Below are positions 37,452 through 46,192 of a stretch of DNA of 64,000 bases, in pieces. The notes under the pieces are model-generated. The model had not been told where the DNA came from. It worked only from the letters and a program-made list of their open reading frames with translations, and made no database searches. Made by a program: the position numbers and the translations under genes. The first letter of the stretch is position 1. Each line of letters opens with the position of its first letter. Origin of the DNA: Gemmatimonadota bacterium (GTDB taxonomy: Bacteria; Gemmatimonadota; Gemmatimonadetes; Longimicrobiales; Gaopeijiaceae); the NCBI GenBank assembly GCA_036679625.1, contig JAZDDA010000190.1:63524-127523 (forward strand). Direction: 5' to 3'.

Positions 37452-38789
37452 CTAACCCAGCTCAGAGAGCGCGACGGCCAGGCCGTCGTCCTGCCTTTGA
37501 AGGACCCCACTCAGAAGGCAGGGACGCACCTCCCTCGACGAACCCGATCCGGTGGCGACCTCGGCCAGGGCCCCGTCTGCGTCGAGCACCGCCACCCGAA
37601 GGTAGTCCCCGGTCAACGCGAATCCATTTCCCTCAACCACAACCTGGACCCGTGTTCCTTCACGACCGACCCTGTAGCGAGCCCCTTTTTGCTGGCCCAA
37701 CTCCCGCAGCTCGCGGCTTCGCTCGCCGGCAATGCGCTGAGGCACCGGATCGGGAAGCTCCGCCGCAACCGTATCGGTCCTCGGCGAAAAGGGGAACACA
37801 TGCAGGTAGGTGAATGGGAGCTCCTCCACCAGACGCACCGTCGAAGCGTGGTCCTCCTCAGTTTCACCCGGAAACCCCGTGATGATATCCGCTCCAAGCC
37901 CGAGATGGCCCATGCCATCCACGATCTCGTGGGCACGCCTGCGGTAATCCTCCTGCGTATGCCACCGCCTCATCCTTCGTAGCACCGGATCGGCGCCGCT
38001 CTGGAGCGGCATGTGCAGGTGAGGGGCAAGGCGTCCCCCCGAGGTCGTGAGCAGCTCCAGAAGCAGATCGTCCACCTCAGACGCCTCGATGCTTCCGAGT
38101 CGAAAGCGCACATCCGGGACCTCGTCCAAGAGCCTTGCGACCAACGTTGAGAGCGAGGCCAGAGGCTGGAGGTCGAGCCCATAGTGGCCAATGTGAATCC
38201 CGGTGATGACGAGTTCGGGATGTCGAAGCGCAAGCGCCCTGGCCTCGTTGACGACCTCAGTTTGCGCCCTTGAGCGGCTCTCCCCCCGGGCAAGGCGCGT
38301 CGCACAGAATGAGCACTTCCGGTCGCACCCGTCCTGTACCTTGAGCCAGGCACGCGTAGCACCATGTCGGTGGGTAAGGGGTTTGCTCGACCAGCCGCGG
38401 GGACCGGCATCCGTGGTTCGGGGGCGAAGCCCAATCTGAACGAGGGTGTTCGCCCCTCCACCGATCGATGCGTCTGCCACGAGGTGTGCATCGTGGCCTT
38501 CCACGACCGCACTCACCCCAGGCATTTTCCGGTATTCGTCTGCCCTGAGCGCGGCCGAGCAGCCAGCCACGACGATTCGCGCCTGGGGGTTCTCCCTCTG
38601 CAGTCGGCGAACATACCTCCGTGCGTCAGCATCGGCCTTGTTGGTCACCGTGCAGGTGTTGACTACGACGACATCCGCATCCCCCGCAGCTGAAGCGGTC
38701 AAGCCGCCGCGCACCTCGACCTCCTGGCGCATGCGTTCGGTGTCGTACTGGTTGGCCTTACAGCCGAAGGTGTGGTAGAAGACCCTCAT
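37452..38789 (-). CDS. mtaB: tRNA t6A37 methylthiotransferase MtaB-like (radical SAM MTTase)
   Basis: 445 aa. FYHTFGCKANQYDTE, VNTCTVT and CDRKCSFCATR. The MtaB versus RimO assignment is from overall pattern only. Confidence 0.7.
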   Translation of the reverse strand: MRVFYHTFGCKANQYDTERMRQEVEVRGGLTASAAGDADVVVVNTCTVTNKADADARRYVRRLQRENPQARIVVAGCSAALRADEYRKMPGVSAVVEGHDAHLVADASIGGGANTLVQIGLRPRTTDAGPRGWSSKPLTHRHGATRAWLKVQDGCDRKCSFCATRLARGESRSRAQTEVVNEARALALRHPELVITGIHIGHYGLDLQPLASLSTLVARLLDEVPDVRFRLGSIEASEVDDLLLELLTTSGGRLAPHLHMPLQSGADPVLRRMRRWHTQEDYRRRAHEIVDGMGHLGLGADIITGFPGETEEDHASTVRLVEELPFTYLHVFPFSPRTDTVAAELPDPVPQRIAGERSRELRELGQQKGARYRVGREGTRVQVVVEGNGFALTGDYLRVAVLDADGALAEVATGSGSSREVRPCLLSGVLQRQDDGLAVALSELG

Positions 38790-38837
38790 CGATGCGTGGG
38801 TGATGGTATGGTGAGTCAGAACTTCGGCAACGGTACA

Positions 38838-40016
38838 CTAGCCTCCCGAAACCCGCACCGTAACCGATAGACGGCGAAAATCCTCAGTGAGGAGCCCTGA
38901 ATCGCGAGTCCCGTACTCGAAGCCGATGTCGAAGGTCGCGAGCGGTATCGACTGCGCCTCAAGAAGAGTCAGCCTCACGCCTGTGGCAAGCGAATTCTCC
39001 GTGGCCTCAGCCCCGCCGAAGCCGAAGGGAAGATCCCGGTGGCGGAAACCCGCCCTGAGCGGGAACGGCCCGCCAAGGAATCGGCCGAGCCGATACTCGA
39101 CGCCTCCTCCAAAGCTCACCACACGCCCGACAGAGGCTGGCGTTTGCAGATCGGCGGCGATCCCCCCCCAGTCCGCTGTTGAAAATCCAAGGGAAACGAC
39201 GAGACCGTCTCGAAGCAGAGCGCTCCCTCCCACCTTGAACTCGATCGGGATATCGAAGTCGGCATCCGCTACATCAAAGTCATCCGTGGCGTTCGCCTTG
39301 AGCGTTCCCGACCAATGGATGGAGGCAGCGATCCTCACCCCAGCGACGGGATCCCACGCCGCGCCAACCGAGGCCAACGGACCACCATAACGCCACTTCC
39401 CGCTCGACCTGAAGGGTGTGATGGGCGTCGCGCCACCAGCCTCTTCGAAGGTTCGCTCGAGGGTGCGCGTTACCGAGCCCGTGTAAAGTCCCACGGTTGC
39501 ACCTATCCCGAGAGATGGAGAAAACCTGCGCGCATACCCCACCCGCACGGCGGCTACACCCCCATCGGACTCGAAGATGTCCGTGGTTGGCACCGCGCGC
39601 CCGCCCAGATTGCTCGTGCTCTCCTCCTGCACCTGCCATCGCTGATCGAAGACGCTGGACAGAGAGAGCGAAATCGTGCTCCTGAGGCCAAGCGGGTAGG
39701 CGCCACCAATCATCCCAAAGCGATTCCCCCGCAGCTCACCCTCCGACCCACCGTCCGAAAAGGTGCCCCAGCTCGGCTCCATCGTGAACGTCACCGACGG
39801 CACGAAAACCAGATCGAGCGCGCCCGTAGGCTCGCCGGGTAGCAGCGAAGGAAGGATCAGGCCGGTACCCAGACTTCCCATGCCACGCGCCCAGGCATCG
39901 ACGCCGTCAGAGGGAAGACCCAGCCCCCCGGTACTCAGCAGCGACTGTCCGCTCGCTGCCCCGTGGACGCCCAGAGCCAGGCACGCCGCCAAGCCACACC
40001 GGAAGGACGCCCTCAT
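38838..40016 (-). CDS. Putative outer-membrane beta-barrel protein, uncharacterised
   Basis: 392 aa. Signal peptide MRASFRCGLAACLALGVHGAASGQ. Many amphipathic alternating strands (VAAVRVGYARRF, LGIGATVGLYTG, VRIAASIHWSG, LVVSLGFSTADW, VVSFGGGVEYRL, TFDIGFEYGTRD, RLSVTVRVSGG). No family recognised. Confidence 0.6.
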   Translation of the reverse strand: MRASFRCGLAACLALGVHGAASGQSLLSTGGLGLPSDGVDAWARGMGSLGTGLILPSLLPGEPTGALDLVFVPSVTFTMEPSWGTFSDGGSEGELRGNRFGMIGGAYPLGLRSTISLSLSSVFDQRWQVQEESTSNLGGRAVPTTDIFESDGGVAAVRVGYARRFSPSLGIGATVGLYTGSVTRTLERTFEEAGGATPITPFRSSGKWRYGGPLASVGAAWDPVAGVRIAASIHWSGTLKANATDDFDVADADFDIPIEFKVGGSALLRDGLVVSLGFSTADWGGIAADLQTPASVGRVVSFGGGVEYRLGRFLGGPFPLRAGFRHRDLPFGFGGAEATENSLATGVRLTLLEAQSIPLATFDIGFEYGTRDSGLLTEDFRRLSVTVRVSGG

Positions 40017-41326
40017 GGGAGCTTCACCGCTTCGGACACGGTGAGCACGAGCCGAAGCACGGGCTCGCCGACCCCACCAAGGCCCACGAACGACGCGAAC
40101 GAAAGTCCATTCGGCTCGAAGAGGGCCAGGAGAGCGACCGACGTCGGAGGTGGCTCCCCCTCGGGATCAGCTTCCATGAGATTTATGATGAAGGGCGTGA
40201 GCGGAACGACCGCCGCCTGGCCTCCGCCACCCGAAAAGAACTCTGGAGGCATCGGAACGCCAAGTGAAAACGAAAGCGACGGGCCGAGCGGAGATTTTGG
40301 AAGCTGCTCGTGCGCCAAGACCGCTCTGGTGTCGAGACGCAGCGTATCCGAGGGCTGAAATCCAGCTTCACTGGGCCTGGTCGTGAGCACAAGCTCCGCC
40401 TGGTTCAGCCGTTCGGGCGTGAGTTCTACCGGACATTGGATTATGGCGCATACCTCTGGCGGAGGCATCACGACGTCTGGGAGGTCGAGAGAGAACACCG
40501 TCCGCCACGAGGGTGCCCCACCCACACGGAGGTCCGTCCCGGGCGCTGCGGGATCGGGCTGGAAGATGGACGTAATATCTCGGACCAGAACTACCTCTTG
40601 CGTCATAGTGTCGGGGTTGATGGTCGCTCTGGCATTAGTGAGAAACAGCACCTGGTTGAGACGCAGTCGTTCGCCAGATTCCTGAACCCTGAGGAGAAGC
40701 CCGCCAACATTCGTCAACGAGTCCGCCCAGGAGGCCACGGTGAGGGAGTCGATGGTGATCTTCACCGTGTCTCCAACGGACTTGTCGAACACGCCGGTTC
40801 CGATCGGCCGCGTCGGTCCACCCCCAGGAATCGGCCAGGGCACACTTTGCCCCAACGAATCGGAGGCGAGCACCCAGGTCGCGGTGCGGGGATCCCAAGC
40901 CCCCGTGATCGCCTCTGCCACCACCGTCACCGGTCCAGTATTGGTTGACTCGATGGTGTCGAAGAAGAGAGTCAACTCACCCCCGGGAAATGTCAGCTCC
41001 TCCCCCGGCCGGGTGATCCCCAGCGAATCCTCGACAACGATCAGCGTCGGAAAGAATCCGAAGTTGATCAACGTCCGTACATCGAGCACACCCTGAAAGC
41101 TCTCGGCGAGGACACCACCCGAGAGCTCCGAGGGCGCACCGAAGCCACCAATGACCTGAATCGAAGTCCCAAACTCAGCCCAGGGCAGTAAGACCTCGAA
41201 GGTGAGGGGGTCGATCGGAATCAGATCCCCGTTCGACGCGGTCGGCACGGTCTCGGTACAGGCACCTAGCCCCGCAACCAGAAGAAGAGTGAGCGCAAGG
41301 CGCTCTGTAAACTGTGATCCCGACAA
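40013..41326 (-). CDS. Putative lipoprotein, uncharacterised
   Basis: The track ORF reaches 41422, which would overlap cdd by 89 nt. An in-frame TTG at 41326 (8 nt after the cdd stop) gives (M)SGSQFTERLALTLLLVAGLGAC, a classic lipoprotein signal with lipobox LGAC. The remainder is Gly/Pro/Thr-rich with predicted beta strands. ATGA overlap with the downstream barrel gene. Confidence 0.55.
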   Translation of the reverse strand: MSGSQFTERLALTLLLVAGLGACTETVPTASNGDLIPIDPLTFEVLLPWAEFGTSIQVIGGFGAPSELSGGVLAESFQGVLDVRTLINFGFFPTLIVVEDSLGITRPGEELTFPGGELTLFFDTIESTNTGPVTVVAEAITGAWDPRTATWVLASDSLGQSVPWPIPGGGPTRPIGTGVFDKSVGDTVKITIDSLTVASWADSLTNVGGLLLRVQESGERLRLNQVLFLTNARATINPDTMTQEVVLVRDITSIFQPDPAAPGTDLRVGGAPSWRTVFSLDLPDVVMPPPEVCAIIQCPVELTPERLNQAELVLTTRPSEAGFQPSDTLRLDTRAVLAHEQLPKSPLGPSLSFSLGVPMPPEFFSGGGGQAAVVPLTPFIINLMEADPEGEPPPTSVALLALFEPNGLSFASFVGLGGVGEPVLRLVLTVSEAVKLP

Positions 41327-41333
41327 AGCCTGC

Positions 41334-41741
41334 TCAGTCCTCTCCGCGCACCTGGCGCGGTTGAAGTTGGAAGTGCTCCGGGAGAAGCTCCGACAGCCTC
41401 CACTCCCTACGGTCCCGCGCACCCACAGAGACCACTTCGATTTCCGGCGCGAATTCGGCCAACACCTGTCTACAAATCCCGCACGGCGCGGCGGGCGACT
41501 CTTCGTCGGTCACGACAACGATCCGGCGAAACTCTGTATGCCCTGCCAGCACCGCCGCAAAAACTGCCGACCGCTCTGCACAGACCGTCGCACCGAACGA
41601 TGAATTTTCGACATTGCAACCCGAAAATACAGTCCCGTCTGCGGTCTCCAGCGCAGCCCCGACCCTGAATTCAGAGTACGGCGCATACGCCATCCGTTGT
41701 GCGGCCCTTGCCGCAGCGACGATACCTTCAGGCGCTGGCAT
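41334..41741 (-). CDS. cdd: Cytidine deaminase
   Basis: 135 aa. FRVGAAL, zinc motifs CAERSAVF and PCGICRQVL. Confidence 0.9.
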   Translation of the reverse strand: MPAPEGIVAAARAAQRMAYAPYSEFRVGAALETADGTVFSGCNVENSSFGATVCAERSAVFAAVLAGHTEFRRIVVVTDEESPAAPCGICRQVLAEFAPEIEVVSVGARDRREWRLSELLPEHFQLQPRQVRGED

Positions 41742-42888
41742 CGGTACTCCACACCCGCGGAAGCCGGGAACTGAGCCGCGTCAGGATCTCGTAGTCAATC
41801 GTGTCCGCCATTCCAGCCACCTCTCCGAGACGGATTTCCTCTGACCCGTCCGATCCGATCAAGGTAGCTACATCGCCGGGAACCACCTCGGGTACTCCGG
41901 AGATGTCTACCACCGTCATGTCCATGGAGATCCGTCCGATCACAGGAACCCGCACACCTCTGAGCAAAGCGATGCCCCTGTTCCCCAGAGCCACGGGGAC
42001 GCCATCTCCATACCCGATCGCGAGCGTGGCCCATCGCTCGGGCACAGTCGCGATGTGAAGTGCCCCGTATCCCGCCGTCGCACCCGCCGTCACATCCTTT
42101 ACAAACGTCACCCTAGCCCTGAGCGACACGACCGGTTCGGGGTCTGGGAGGCCATCCCCGGCGTTTCCGCCAAATAGAAAGATTCCGGGCCGTACCATGT
42201 CGGCGGAAACCGAGGGACAGCGTAGCAGAGCCGCGCTATTCGCCACATGGACCGTCATCGTGTCCCGCTCGATCGGCAGAACAGAGAGGGCACCCTGGAA
42301 CGCACTCCACTGGGAGAGGATCGAGGGCGCGCCATCCAGGTGATCGGCTGAGTGGAAGTGCGTGAAGCATCCCTCCCAGCGAAGGCCCGCAGAGTCCGCA
42401 ATACGGCGCACATCGCCACCCCAGGTCGCCGCCTCACCGCACGGAAATCCGGCACGCCCCATCCCAGTATCGACCTCCAGGTGGAACGACGCGCCACCGG
42501 TATTCCCGAGTCCCGCGGCAAGGGTGTCGAGTTCAGCAAGGCTCGACACACAGAGCGTGAGACGGTGTTCGAGGGCAGTTTCCACCTCTGCAGGCAAGAT
42601 GGGTGTGAAGACCAGAACGGGGATGGAAACGCCCAATGCCCGAAGCTCAACTCCCTCCTCTACCGTCGCGACGCCATATCCCCACGGATCCGTATGATCG
42701 AGTGTGGCAACCGCACCCTCCACACCGAGACCATACGCATTGGCCTTCACCATCGGCAGAATCCGGGTTCCAGAGGTCGCAGCCGCCGAAATCCGGTGCG
42801 CATTTCTGCGCAACGCAGCTCCGTCCAGCTCAACCCAGGCGCGATTCTTAAAATCAGTTGACATAGCCACGAAAGAAAGCGAAAACAT
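41728..42888 (-). CDS. alr: Alanine racemase
   Basis: 386 aa. [11 protein letters not shown] (PLP lysine), GYGDG and RISMDM. Confidence 0.9.
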   Translation of the reverse strand: MFSLSFVAMSTDFKNRAWVELDGAALRRNAHRISAAATSGTRILPMVKANAYGLGVEGAVATLDHTDPWGYGVATVEEGVELRALGVSIPVLVFTPILPAEVETALEHRLTLCVSSLAELDTLAAGLGNTGGASFHLEVDTGMGRAGFPCGEAATWGGDVRRIADSAGLRWEGCFTHFHSADHLDGAPSILSQWSAFQGALSVLPIERDTMTVHVANSAALLRCPSVSADMVRPGIFLFGGNAGDGLPDPEPVVSLRARVTFVKDVTAGATAGYGALHIATVPERWATLAIGYGDGVPVALGNRGIALLRGVRVPVIGRISMDMTVVDISGVPEVVPGDVATLIGSDGSEEIRLGEVAGMADTIDYEILTRLSSRLPRVWSTDASA

Positions 42889-42936
42889 AATGCCCGATCA
42901 AGGTCGGTTTTCCCCTATCCAAAAGGGTTTTCACCT

Positions 42937-43797
42937 ATGAACGCCGGTCAACCACCTTTGGCCATCCCCGACTTCGGAGAATCCCCCCTCGGGAGGGCAC
43001 TCGGGATGGTGCGCTACCTCAGGGAGCACTGCCCATGGGATGCGAGGCAGACTCCCGCGTCGTTGATCCCCCATCTCCTCGAAGAGGCGCAGGAAACGGC
43101 GGAAGCAATTCGAGCGGAGGCCTGGAGCGATGTCGAACTCGAGTTGGGGGATCTCATGCTGAACCTCGCGTTCCAGATCGTTCTCGGCGAGGAAAATCGG
43201 CGCCTCACCGCCGACTCCGTGATCGAGCGGCTCGAGGAGAAAATGGTACGTAGGCATCCACACCTGTTCGGAGGAGAGCAGGGTCCGGGCTGGGAGGAGA
43301 TGAAGGCTGGGGAACGGGCGGCGGCCTCGTCGACGGAGGTGCTAACGCCGCAAGCCGCGTCGGTATTCGAGGGGCTCCCCCAGGGTCTCGATCCCCTGCT
43401 TCGAGCACACCGCATACAAGACCGTGTGAGCGGAGTTGGATTCGACTGGCGTGACGCCGCAGGAGCCCTGGCCAAGGCCCGTGAGGAGTTGGATGAGGTG
43501 GAGGAGGCTCTCAACGCGGGGGCAGCACAGGACAAGGTGGAGGAGGAGCTGGGAGATCTCTTGTTCTCCGTCATCAACCTCGTCCGGCTAGCTGGGAGTC
43601 ACTCGGAGCCCACGCTCACACGCGCGAACCATAAGTTTGTCCGCCGCTTCGAACTTCTCGAGGAGCTGGCTCGGGAGCGAGGCATCGCGATTGAGGAGGC
43701 AGGCCTCGACGCGTTGGACGAGCTTTGGGACGAGGTCAAGGCTGGCGAGGAATCGGCTAGGGCTTCAATACCCGGCATCGACGTCGACGACGTTTAG
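42937..43797 (+). CDS. mazG: Nucleoside triphosphate pyrophosphohydrolase MazG (tandem MazG domains)
   Basis: 286 aa. CPWDARQT, EEAQETAEAI, ELGDLMLNLAF, RHPHLF, and a second repeat EELDEVEEAL..EELGDLLFSVINL. Confidence 0.88.
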   Translation: MNAGQPPLAIPDFGESPLGRALGMVRYLREHCPWDARQTPASLIPHLLEEAQETAEAIRAEAWSDVELELGDLMLNLAFQIVLGEENRRLTADSVIERLEEKMVRRHPHLFGGEQGPGWEEMKAGERAAASSTEVLTPQAASVFEGLPQGLDPLLRAHRIQDRVSGVGFDWRDAAGALAKAREELDEVEEALNAGAAQDKVEEELGDLLFSVINLVRLAGSHSEPTLTRANHKFVRRFELLEELARERGIAIEEAGLDALDELWDEVKAGEESARASIPGIDVDDV

Positions 43798-44832
43798 GAG
43801 GGGCCTACCACCGAGAAATCGATCCAGGTTCTGTAGAATCAGGTCGGCCTCTCGCCTCCAGAAGTGGGGGGTCACAGCAGAGACGTGAGGACACACGACC
43901 ACGTTCGGTAGGCTCCAGAGCAGACTCGTCTCTGGGAGTGGCTCCACCGTGAACACGTCGAGCGCGGCACCCCTCAGGTGCCCGCTCTGGAGCGCGCGGA
44001 CGAGTGCATCCTCGTCTACCAACGATCCTCGCGAGAGGTTGATCAGGACCGCGCCGGGCTTCATGCCGCGGAGGGCCGCCTCATCCATCAGCCCGTCGGT
44101 CTCGCGGGTCGCCGGTGCAGCCACCACCACATAATCGCTCTCTGCCAGGAGCCGCAGAAGCGCCTCTGGCCCAACCCCCACCTCGGCGGCTCCCGCCTGG
44201 CGGTCGTCACTGCCCACGACAGACAGCGTCTCCCGGAAACTCCCTGACTCCCGCCTTCGCACCGCAATCACTCGCGCCCCCAATGCCGCTGCGCGGCGTG
44301 CGACCTCGCGCCCGATCCCGCCGAACCCGACGACGCCCACTGTGCTTCGCGAGAGCTCACGGACGGCGGGCGGGTGTCGATAAAACGCTTCGGTAGACCA
44401 CACGTGGCGCTGCTTCATGGCGCTGGCGAAGTCCAGCCCGCGCGCAAAGTGGAGCATCATCCCGATCGCGGTCTCTGCCATCGGTGGTGCGTGGATGCCC
44501 GCCGAATTCGTAAAGACCACTCCCCCGTCTCTCATGGCCCCATGCAGCGACCCACCGACCCCGGCTGCCCCGGTGTGCACCCAGCGTAGAGCGGCCCCCG
44601 CACGGAGCAGCTCAGCTGACACCCCGAACCCCAGGTAGATCTCGGCGTCGGAGATGTTCTTGAGCAGTCCGGCCGAGACGCGCGTCGCCCCATCCCCCGA
44701 ACCGTCGGTCTCTTCGTCGATAACGTGGAGTGCACGATCCGCCGGCAGCGCCGCGCGGATTTCGTGAGGCACCCATTCCGGCATCGCCCACACAGGCCGG
44801 TGGTCCTTCATATCGAGCACGACAGACGTCAT
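43765..44832 (-). CDS. D-isomer-specific 2-hydroxyacid dehydrogenase family protein
   Basis: 355 aa. Rossmann GVVGFGGIGREVARRAAALGARV, NLSRGSLVDEDAL and PHVS. Substrate not inferable. Confidence 0.8.
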   Translation of the reverse strand: MTSVVLDMKDHRPVWAMPEWVPHEIRAALPADRALHVIDEETDGSGDGATRVSAGLLKNISDAEIYLGFGVSAELLRAGAALRWVHTGAAGVGGSLHGAMRDGGVVFTNSAGIHAPPMAETAIGMMLHFARGLDFASAMKQRHVWSTEAFYRHPPAVRELSRSTVGVVGFGGIGREVARRAAALGARVIAVRRRESGSFRETLSVVGSDDRQAGAAEVGVGPEALLRLLAESDYVVVAAPATRETDGLMDEAALRGMKPGAVLINLSRGSLVDEDALVRALQSGHLRGAALDVFTVEPLPETSLLWSLPNVVVCPHVSAVTPHFWRREADLILQNLDRFLGGRPLLNVVDVDAGY

Positions 44833-44839
44833 GCGGGGG

Positions 44840-46141
44840 TCAGGGGTTGAGGCGGTTCATCAGGCGCGGGAACGGGATCAGCTCCCGGATGTGGTGGCGA
44901 CCCGTGATCCACGCCACGGTTCGTTCGATGCCCAGGCCGAAACCGGAGTGTCGGAATGTCCCGTAGCGCCTCAGGTCGAGGTACCACCCGTACGACTCCT
45001 CTGGGAGTCCCTGTTCACGAATGCGTGCCAGGAGCAGCTCGAGGTCGTCTTCACGCTGGCTACCTCCGATGATCTCGCCATATCCCTCGGGCGCGAGCAG
45101 GTCGTTCGCCAGAACGGTGCGCCGATCGTCGGGATTCTCCTTCATGTAGAAGGCCTTGATCTCCTTCGGGTAGTTGTACACGAAGAGAGGCAGGTCATAG
45201 GCCTCGGTAAGGGTCGCCTCCTCCGGCGCCCCAATGTCGTCTCCCCACTCGATCTCCGTTCCGCCCGCTCTCAGGCGTTCGATCGCCTCCGTATAGCTCA
45301 GGCGGGGAAAATCAGGCTTCACGAGCTCGAGCTTGGAGGTGTCCCGTTCGAGGACCTTGAGCTCCTCCGCACACCGCTCGAGCGCCCGCTCCACCAGGTA
45401 GCTCACGAACTCCTCCTGAAGCCGCATGTTGGCCTCGGAGTCGGCAAAGGCAACCTCGGGCTCTACCATCCAGAACTCGGTCAGGTGTCGCCGCGTCTTG
45501 GACTTCTCCGCGCGGAAGGTCGGCCCGAAACAGTAAACGCGCCGGAAGGCAGGGCACGCCGCCTCAACGTAGAGCTGCCCAGTCTGGGCCAGAAATGCCC
45601 GCTCCCCGAAGTAGTCCGTCTCGAAGAGGGTTCCCGCGTGCTCGCCGATCGACCCGGTAAGGATCGGGGTGTCGATACGCACGAAATCGCGGGTGTAGAA
45701 AAAATCGTGAACCGCCTGCTCGACCTCGGCCCGCACCCGAAGGCCCGCACGCTGTATGCGCGACCTCAACCAGAGGTGGCGGTGGTCGAGCAGGAAGTCG
45801 ACGCCGTGTTCCTTCGGCTGGATCGGGAATTCTGGAGAGTCCCCGATGATCCGAAATCCCGTGACGCCCATCTCCACGCCACCGGGCGAACGCGGCTCCT
45901 CACGAATCTCACCGATCAACGTGACCGAAGCCTCCTGACCGACAGCCTCGTGAGCCTCCCAGACATCTTCGGGGAGCTCTTTCTTCACGAAGACGCCCTG
46001 CACGACGCCGGTGCCGTCCCGCACCACGACGAACCCCACCTTACCGTGGGTCCGGGCCGCATCGACCCATCCGAGGACCGTTACCGTCTCCCCGACGTGC
46101 TCCGCGAGATCCTTGACCTCGGTGATCTGTGCTTCAGACAT
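44840..46141 (-). CDS. asnS: Asparagine--tRNA ligase
   Basis: 433 aa. GWVDAARTHGKVGFVVVRDG (OB), FRAEKSKTRRHLTEFWMVEPE and GFGLGIERTVAW. Confidence 0.92.
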   Translation of the reverse strand: MSEAQITEVKDLAEHVGETVTVLGWVDAARTHGKVGFVVVRDGTGVVQGVFVKKELPEDVWEAHEAVGQEASVTLIGEIREEPRSPGGVEMGVTGFRIIGDSPEFPIQPKEHGVDFLLDHRHLWLRSRIQRAGLRVRAEVEQAVHDFFYTRDFVRIDTPILTGSIGEHAGTLFETDYFGERAFLAQTGQLYVEAACPAFRRVYCFGPTFRAEKSKTRRHLTEFWMVEPEVAFADSEANMRLQEEFVSYLVERALERCAEELKVLERDTSKLELVKPDFPRLSYTEAIERLRAGGTEIEWGDDIGAPEEATLTEAYDLPLFVYNYPKEIKAFYMKENPDDRRTVLANDLLAPEGYGEIIGGSQREDDLELLLARIREQGLPEESYGWYLDLRRYGTFRHSGFGLGIERTVAWITGRHHIRELIPFPRLMNRLNP

Positions 46142-46192
46142 GATGATTTGCCGACATTGGGATGGCTGATTGAGCGGTGTACTGTAAACGAA

